The notes beneath the pieces were generated by a model that was not told where the DNA came from, searched no databases, and saw only the letters and a program-made list of their open reading frames with translations. Positions 57,571 to 64,000 of a stretch of DNA of 64,000 bases are shown here, piece by piece (the stretch's first letter is position 1; every line of letters starts with the position of its first letter). Source of the stretch: Candidatus Woesebacteria bacterium (GTDB lineage: Bacteria; Patescibacteriota; Microgenomatia; UBA8517); assembly GCA_013426185.1 (NCBI GenBank), contig CP058602.1, forward strand, positions 138,231-202,230, in the 5' to 3' direction. A program made the position numbers and the translations under genes.

Positions 57571-59850
57571 TTAAACTTCTTTCTTAGAAAGTTCCTTTTC
57601 TGCTTGATAAATATTCTCGCGAGTACGAGCTATTGCATCTGGATTAACAGAGATACTGGTTATTCCCCACTTAACTAGGTTAAAAGCATAATCATCATAA
57701 ATAGATGGCGCCTGCCCACAAATTGATGTAGTGACTCCATGCTTATTACAAGTTTTTATTGTTTTTCTTATTGCCCAAAGAACAGCAGGCGACCTTTCAT
57801 CAAAGGCAGAGGCTACTTCGGCATTATCGCGGTCGGTTCCGGTCAAAAGCATGGTTAAATCATTAGAACCTATAGAAACTCCGTCGATTCCTACCTTAAT
57901 AAAATCTTCAAGTTGAATTACGTTGACAGGCAGTTCCACCATCATCCAAAACTTAAAGCTAGAAAAATCAAATAACCCTTCCGAGGCAACTATCTTCCTG
58001 ACTTTTGCAAGCTCTAAAGGAGAACGTACAAAAGGAATCATAATCCTTAAGTTATTGTAGCTCGAGAGTACTTTTTTGAGAGCCTTTAACTCCAATGTGA
58101 ACACTTCCTGATTTAGAATATAACGCAAAGCACCTCTAAAACCAAGAAGCGGATTTGCCTCTTGGGGCTCCCAGTGAGCCCCGCCTTCAAGCACACGGTA
58201 CTCATTAGTTTTGAAATCGGTAGTTCGGTAAACAACTGGTCTTGGATAAAATGATTTACAAAAAGTCTCAACACCTTTAGCCAAATCATCTATATATTTG
58301 ATTTGCTTCTTATTCTTAATAGCCTCTTTAGGATGAATCTTCATGTTGGCCATCATAAATTCAGCCCTTAAAAGTCCAACCCCATCAACATCAAGTTTTG
58401 CCACCTTCTTTGCCATCTCAGGCTCAGCTAAGTTTACATAAAGCTTGGTTGCTGTCTTTCGGGGACGATAAACTTCTTTAAGACTTTCTTTCTTCAATTG
58501 TTTATTCTTAGTACCCTTGTAAATTACACCATTCTCACCATCTACAGTAACTACTAATCCTTCTTTCAATATTTTTGTTGCGTTTTTAGTACCAACTACG
58601 CAAGGGACACCCAACTCCCGAGAGACTATGGCAGCATGAGAAGTCATACCGCCTTCATCGGTAATGATTGCTGATGCCTTTTTCATTGCTGGCACAAAAT
58701 CAGGCGAGGTCATTGTTGATACCAAAACATCACCCTCCTTTACTTTACTAATTTCCTTAGCGCTTTTAACCAGCTTAACTTCCCCACTACCTACACCAGG
58801 ACTTGCTGGTTTGCCTGAAAGGAGAACGGGCAAATCTGAAAATTCACCATCTTTCTGGGAAAACTTGGCTTCGGAACCTAAAGTAGTGATTGGTCTTGTT
58901 TGAACAATATAAAGGTTATTTTTCTCCTTAGCCCACTCTATATCTTGAGGAAAGAAATAGTGCTCCTGTAGTTTTTGAGCAATTTTTGCCAAGAATTTAA
59001 TCTCAGAATCATTTAACTTTGGCGAGTTTCGCTTATTTTTTGGCACACTAAATTCTTTAGTTTCCTTTCCTCTTCTAACAAGTTCTCTATCCTGCTCTGA
59101 AATTTCTTTTGAAAGAATATCAAAAGTGTCTTTTTGAACCACATAACGGTCTGGAATAACTGAACCTTGAACTATCATCTCACCCAATCCCCAAACAGCC
59201 TCAATAACAATCCTGTCCTTTTCTTTAGTTACAGGATCTACTGTAAAAATTACTCCCGAAGCCTCAGATTGCACCATCTTTTGGACAATCACAGCAATTT
59301 TAACTTTCTCATGAGGAATTTTGTTTTGAACCCGGTAGAAAATAGATCTAGCAGTAAAAAGCGAGGCCCAACATTCTTTTAATGCCTGAAGCAAATTATT
59401 CTCTCCTTGCACGTTTAAAATTGTTGCCTGTTGGCCGGCAAAAGAAGTGGAAGGCATATCTTCGGCTGTAGCTGATGACCTTACTGCAACTAAAGCTTTC
59501 TTAAGTATTCCTGAAAGCTTTGCATAACCTCTGACTACTTCGCGAATAACCTCTTGAGGTATATCAGAACCTAATATCATTTTTTGTATCGTGGCTGAAG
59601 CTTCTTGAAGCTGGGCTGGATCTGAAACATCAAGTGATGACAAAAGCGAATAGATTTTACTCTCAAGATTATTCTCTTTCAGAAAAAGATCATAAGAATT
59701 AGCAGTTATAGCAAAACCGGGTGGCACAGGCATCCCTATTTTTGTCATCTCCCCCAAGTTTGCTCCCTTGCCTCCAACCAAATTTACATCGCTTTTGTCC
59801 AAATCCTTGAAGTAGATAACCAACTTTTGGGCAGTCATAACAATAGTCAT
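57571..59850 (-). CDS. ppsA: Phosphoenolpyruvate synthase
   Basis: GGKGANLGE, SFAGQ, TSHAAIVSRE, SIGSNDL; start at 59850 or 59838. Confidence 0.95.
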   Translation of the reverse strand: MTIVMTAQKLVIYFKDLDKSDVNLVGGKGANLGEMTKIGMPVPPGFAITANSYDLFLKENNLESKIYSLLSSLDVSDPAQLQEASATIQKMILGSDIPQEVIREVVRGYAKLSGILKKALVAVRSSATAEDMPSTSFAGQQATILNVQGENNLLQALKECWASLFTARSIFYRVQNKIPHEKVKIAVIVQKMVQSEASGVIFTVDPVTKEKDRIVIEAVWGLGEMIVQGSVIPDRYVVQKDTFDILSKEISEQDRELVRRGKETKEFSVPKNKRNSPKLNDSEIKFLAKIAQKLQEHYFFPQDIEWAKEKNNLYIVQTRPITTLGSEAKFSQKDGEFSDLPVLLSGKPASPGVGSGEVKLVKSAKEISKVKEGDVLVSTMTSPDFVPAMKKASAIITDEGGMTSHAAIVSRELGVPCVVGTKNATKILKEGLVVTVDGENGVIYKGTKNKQLKKESLKEVYRPRKTATKLYVNLAEPEMAKKVAKLDVDGVGLLRAEFMMANMKIHPKEAIKNKKQIKYIDDLAKGVETFCKSFYPRPVVYRTTDFKTNEYRVLEGGAHWEPQEANPLLGFRGALRYILNQEVFTLELKALKKVLSSYNNLRIMIPFVRSPLELAKVRKIVASEGLFDFSSFKFWMMVELPVNVIQLEDFIKVGIDGVSIGSNDLTMLLTGTDRDNAEVASAFDERSPAVLWAIRKTIKTCNKHGVTTSICGQAPSIYDDYAFNLVKWGITSISVNPDAIARTRENIYQAEKELSKKEV

Positions 59851-59869
59851 TATAAAGAGACAAAAGATT

Positions 59870-60252
59870 AGTATCAAGTGTCAAGTATCAAGTATAGGTA
59901 AAAGGCTAGAGGTAAAAGGTAAAAGAAACACAAGTAGAAAGTAGAACGTAGTAAGTAGAAAGCAAAAGATTGTATCTAGTATTTTGTATTATGTATTATG
60001 CAGGAAATACAAGTAGGAAGTAGAATGTAGTAAGTAGAAAGCAAAATTCTATAATCTATAATCCAAAATCTATAATCTAATCATAAAGTTTTGACTTTTG
60101 AGTTTTAAGTTTTAATTTAATTTGTGATTTGAAGAATTGGATAATTGTAGAATTGTTTAGAATTTAGAATTTGTGATTTGGAATTTTATTCTCTAATCTC
60201 TAATTTGTATTCTGTAATCTAATTTTTGACTTTTGAGTTTTAATTTTTGAGT
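59870..60252. repeat. Modular 7-bp-period repeat mosaic, locus F
   Basis: GTATCAA, AGGTAAA, AAGTAGA, TATTATG, AATCTAT, TTTTGAS, AATTTAG blocks. Confidence 0.85.
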
Positions 60253-60260
60253 TATTAATA

Positions 60261-61331
60261 CTAATCCTGCAATCTACTTTTGAAGTAATCTACCCAAGGA
60301 ATGCTCGCAGGATCCTCTTGATAAAGAAAAGCCAGATAATAAGCAACAAAATAAGAAAGGATGATCAACTCAAAAACTTGCAGCAAGCGGTTTTTTCCCA
60401 AAGCCTCATAAGTAATCACAGGATAACCATTTTTAATAATTACTTCTTTGGTAACAGGATATCTTTTACTTACCTCTGGTGTAAAAAGCTTTGATTCAAC
60501 TATCAAAAATTTAACCAATTCTCGCAAGCGCATTGGGTTTTTCAAGCCTTCCAAAAGATGATGATTCAATTCTGGGATATCAAAAAGAACAGAAAAAGTC
60601 TTGGCTGTTTCATTCAATTGATTTTTGAAAGCATGGCAAGAACCAATCAAATGCTCACTTGTAACGATAACTGGCAAGTAACCTCTTAAATCTTTAGCAA
60701 TCTTTTTGGCTAAATTACTTGCTTCGGGGTTTTCTCTTTTGTAGTCAGAGATCAAAGACTCAATAAAAGAAACTACTTCCTTAATTTCGGAATTTGTTAA
60801 ATTGATATACTCGCATTTTCCAAGAAGAGTAAGAATTGCAGTTACAGAGTAACCCAAAGCCAAACGAGGCTGAGAAGAAGGATTATTTTCGGGATTAAAA
60901 ATATAAGCTGGAACACCTTCCTTATGAGCAAATTCTTCAAGCTTGCCGCCAGTTGTAATTACAAAAATCCTGGCCCCTTTTTTAAGAGCTTCATACGCAT
61001 CTCTTAAAGTTTCCTGTGTAGTACCAGAATAGGAGGACAAAATAACCAAAGAGTTCTGATTGACATAGTTTGGAATATAAAATTCAGTAAAGACCTCAAT
61101 AGGTACTCTCACTCTTTGAGGAATCAAAGAATCAACAACACGTCCTCCAAGAGCTGATCCACCCATTCCTGCAACAACAATATTTGAAGCTTGATAATAC
61201 TCCTTAGGAATATCAAGCTTACCAACTTCATTGTAGGCTTGCTCTATTTGTTCGCCAAAAAGAGTTATTGATTCATAAACTCTCTTTTTATCAAAAGCCA
61301 AAAGATCTTCAATTTTATCTAAGTTATTCAT
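60261..61331 (-). CDS. Bifunctional phosphoglucose/phosphomannose isomerase (SIS fold)
   Basis: GMGGS, SYSG.T.ET, NETAK, PELNH. Confidence 0.9.
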   Translation of the reverse strand: MNNLDKIEDLLAFDKKRVYESITLFGEQIEQAYNEVGKLDIPKEYYQASNIVVAGMGGSALGGRVVDSLIPQRVRVPIEVFTEFYIPNYVNQNSLVILSSYSGTTQETLRDAYEALKKGARIFVITTGGKLEEFAHKEGVPAYIFNPENNPSSQPRLALGYSVTAILTLLGKCEYINLTNSEIKEVVSFIESLISDYKRENPEASNLAKKIAKDLRGYLPVIVTSEHLIGSCHAFKNQLNETAKTFSVLFDIPELNHHLLEGLKNPMRLRELVKFLIVESKLFTPEVSKRYPVTKEVIIKNGYPVITYEALGKNRLLQVFELIILSYFVAYYLAFLYQEDPASIPWVDYFKSRLQD

Positions 61332-62673
61332 TTTGCTTAATAATTACATCTTTGACTAGATTAATTCCCTCAAGAAGCAAACTACGAGCTTTTGATTTTG
61401 AGGTTGATTCAGCAAAGACTCTAAATTCAGGAGCGTTTTGTGAGCTCCTAAATAAAATCCAAGTCTCATCATCAAGCCAAATCTTAAGCCCATCTGTTTT
61501 ATCTACTCTTATACCCTTGAATTTATTCCTTGCCTCATCAACTATCTTTTCTTTAAGCTCCCACTTATATTCAACCTTGTCGCGAGCCAAAAAATATTGG
61601 GGAAGTTCCGAGATCAAGGCTGAAAGAGATTTTTTTGATTCAGCAAGAATATTTAACACCTCAATAGTAGATCTGCCGCCATCGCGGCTATGCATTTCTG
61701 AAAAAATTCCACCTCCATTGGCTTCAAACCCAAAGTTGCTATCTGTTTCTTTCATTTTAGAAACAACATAAGGAGAACCCACTTTAGTCCGATAAACTTT
61801 CTTGCAAACTTTCTCAACCACCTGGGAAGTGTTAATCGGTGTAACCACCGAATCCTTGGCAATTCTACTGGCAATTAGAGCTCCAGTATAATCACCCGGG
61901 ATAAAATTGCTCTTCTCATCTATAAAAACACATCTGTCCCCATCAGAGTCATAACCAATGCCAAAATCAGCTTTAGTTTCTTTTACTTTCTCCTGCAAAT
62001 CAAGAAAATCACCTTCAACTTCGGTGTCACGAGAGAGAAAATTCTCCTGAATTGACGTGTTTAACTCCACAACATCAAGACCCAAGTATTTCAAAACATA
62101 AGGAGCAACATCAGATTGAGCACCATTGCCAGCATCAACTACCACTTTCCATTTGGGATAAGGCCTTTTTGCTTTCCCTATAAGATAGTTTACATACTCT
62201 TCTTTTGCCCTTTCTTCATAAATAACCAATTTCAAGTCTATATCTTGATAAGGTTCCCTTTCCTTAAGCGAAAAATAGATTTCTTCTATCTCGCTCTCAT
62301 GTTCTTTTAAAATTTCTTCTTCAAAAGCAAAAAACTTAACCCCATTAAGATGGGGTTTTATATGGCTACCTGAAACCATTATGCTACCAGCATAGTCAGA
62401 AGACGCTTTTAAAATATAGTTTAACGAAGGAATTGGGACAACACCCTGGTCAGCAACTTCCCTTTTTTCAAAAATAAGGCCTGAAATAATAGCTTTTTTA
62501 ATCCTAGGACTTGATTCACGAGGATCCATTCCTATTGCCACCAAACCCTTTTTCTTATGATTATCCAGAAACTTGGCAAAAGTACGGCCCAAATCAAAGG
62601 AGAATTGATTTGTAAAGAGGCTTTCAGCATCACCCCTGATACCACTTGTTCCAAAAAGAGACATTTTTTCCAC
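61324..62673 (-). CDS. Phosphohexomutase (PMM/PGM/GlmM family)
   Basis: FGTSGIRG, SGSH, DSDGDR, FEANGG. Confidence 0.9.
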   Translation of the reverse strand: MEKMSLFGTSGIRGDAESLFTNQFSFDLGRTFAKFLDNHKKKGLVAIGMDPRESSPRIKKAIISGLIFEKREVADQGVVPIPSLNYILKASSDYAGSIMVSGSHIKPHLNGVKFFAFEEEILKEHESEIEEIYFSLKEREPYQDIDLKLVIYEERAKEEYVNYLIGKAKRPYPKWKVVVDAGNGAQSDVAPYVLKYLGLDVVELNTSIQENFLSRDTEVEGDFLDLQEKVKETKADFGIGYDSDGDRCVFIDEKSNFIPGDYTGALIASRIAKDSVVTPINTSQVVEKVCKKVYRTKVGSPYVVSKMKETDSNFGFEANGGGIFSEMHSRDGGRSTIEVLNILAESKKSLSALISELPQYFLARDKVEYKWELKEKIVDEARNKFKGIRVDKTDGLKIWLDDETWILFRSSQNAPEFRVFAESTSKSKARSLLLEGINLVKDVIIKQNE

Positions 62674-62676
62674 AAC

Positions 62677-63351
62677 TCATTTTAAATGCTTAACTAGTAA
62701 AAGGTCAAGATAATAAACAAGACCAAGAGAGGATCTTTTGGCCTCAATATCCAAAAGAGCCAATTCTTCAATAAGCTGCCTTAGATTATCTTGAGTAAAT
62801 CTAGAAGCTTGCCTTTCCAATTTTTCAACCTGCCAAGAAGGATATGGTAGAGTTGAAGGATCAGTTTTTACCCAATACAAATCTTTTAGCCGAGAAGAGA
62901 CTAAATGAAAGATAAGTTCTTCCGGTTCCCTTTCAAGCATCTGGTGAAACAGCAAAATAGCGTTTTTACTATTTGAAGGATAAAGACTATCTAGAAATTG
63001 AAAAACTATTTTGGGATAATCAAAATTTTCAATTTTCTTTATTTTAGGAAAATTTTTTAAAATTGAAGAAGGAATATTTCCTCCTTGAGAACAAATGACC
63101 AAAACGCCGTCAATTTTTGCCACTTTCTCTTTAAGATACTTCAAGTCAGATTTAGAAATTGATTTATAATCTTCAACTATAAACAAATTACCCCTATCAT
63201 AAAGACCCGACAGTAAAATCTTATCCAAAACTCTTTCCTCTTTTTCTATTCTGATAATAGACCAATTTCTCTTTTTGGCCTCATTAACAAATTTAGACAA
63301 TCTCTCTTTTAATGCTAAATTATTTTCTCCCTGAAGAATAATTATTTCCAT
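62677..63351 (-). CDS. holA: DNA polymerase III delta-like subunit (shortened)
   Basis: IFHL..RL, WQVEKLERQASRF, LALLDIEAK C-terminal pattern. Confidence 0.6.
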   Translation of the reverse strand: MEIIILQGENNLALKERLSKFVNEAKKRNWSIIRIEKEERVLDKILLSGLYDRGNLFIVEDYKSISKSDLKYLKEKVAKIDGVLVICSQGGNIPSSILKNFPKIKKIENFDYPKIVFQFLDSLYPSNSKNAILLFHQMLEREPEELIFHLVSSRLKDLYWVKTDPSTLPYPSWQVEKLERQASRFTQDNLRQLIEELALLDIEAKRSSLGLVYYLDLLLVKHLK

Positions 63352-63751
63352 CCTGCCTATGATACCTCAGTTTTAAAGTCTTGACTAGATCTTGGAATTT
63401 ACGTTTTCCACGACGATAATGAGGAACTAAAGAACCAGAAAAGTTTCTGGGAATGTGAGCAATTTCGTGCAAAAGAACATCATCTTTCTCTCGATCTTTA
63501 AGTCGATCGTACCTTTCTGATATAACCTCTATAACATAATGAGGTTTAATATTCAAAACTTTCTGCCATAAACTAGGCAACCCCCAAATTCGGGCAATAG
63601 CTCTTGACTTTGATCCCTTTGACCTTAAGCAAAAAACAGATTCAAGATCAAGCCATGAAAAGCCTCCCTCTTTCTTTAAAATAGCTATTCTTTCTTTTAT
63701 GTCAGGAGCATCTTCCCAAAAAATCCTACTTCCTGTATTTTTTCTTCTCAC
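63320..63751 (-). CDS. Putative zinc metallopeptidase
   Basis: ARIWGL, YVIE, LLHEIAHIP (HExxH). Confidence 0.8.
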   Translation of the reverse strand: MRRKNTGSRIFWEDAPDIKERIAILKKEGGFSWLDLESVFCLRSKGSKSRAIARIWGLPSLWQKVLNIKPHYVIEVISERYDRLKDREKDDVLLHEIAHIPRNFSGSLVPHYRRGKRKFQDLVKTLKLRYHRQDGNNYSSGRK

Positions 63752-63774
63752 TAAAACAAGGCAGGGTAAAAAAA

Positions 63775-64000
63775 CTAAAGCTTAAAAATTTCTGCTCCTT
63801 CTTTAACTGGTTGATCAACCTTTAAACCTATCGTATCACCTTTTTTTGCTGAATCAATCTTATTATGCTCCACCTGTATTGATTCAACCGTTTGTTCAAA
63901 CATGTCTTCTCCACCTCTAGTAAATTTTATCCTATCACCAACTGCAAGGTCAGCCATTAATTCAACCACTGCCACACCTATCTTGTCATAATAATGGGTA
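63775..64000 (-). CDS. Small beta-barrel protein (EF-like/U32 C-terminal type), 5' end outside window
   Basis: Frame open to the window edge: THYYDKIGVAVV...FEQTVESIQ...GLKV. Confidence 0.75.
   Translation of the reverse strand, partial: THYYDKIGVAVVELMADLAVGDRIKFTRGGEDMFEQTVESIQVEHNKIDSAKKGDTIGLKVDQPVKEGAEIFKL

Overview
AT-rich bacterial chromosome segment of mostly housekeeping genes. Gene content and streamlined proteins suggest Patescibacteria/CPR, probably Microgenomates-like (inference). In order it holds: the end of a type IV pilus operon; rpmF-nusB-acp-rnc-rpsP-khpA; recG; tyrS; a class A PBP; thrS-infC-rpmI-rplT-pheST interrupted by a REP-flanked RAYT transposase; a copper cluster; 15 intact tRNA genes; an ECF sigma module; a DRG-type GTPase; pyrG; uvrBAC divergent from lexA; and sugar-phosphate/lower-glycolysis genes. 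Main unexplained structures: (1) a tRNA-Val(GAC) split by a 349-bp TCCCGATT/AATCGGGA-bounded insert carrying a GIY-YIG nuclease and an intact replacement tRNA-Val(GAC); two hairpins with the same ends bracket the copper cluster, and a second GIY-YIG lies between tRNAs next to a duplicated half-tRNA; (2) six intergenic mosaics of shared 7-bp-period repeat modules; (3) a pheM-like leader-peptide attenuator before pheS; (4) a promoter/three-hairpin/terminator leader before a cell-wall hydrolase gene. Everything was read by eye and no database searches were run, so family names come from motif recognition.
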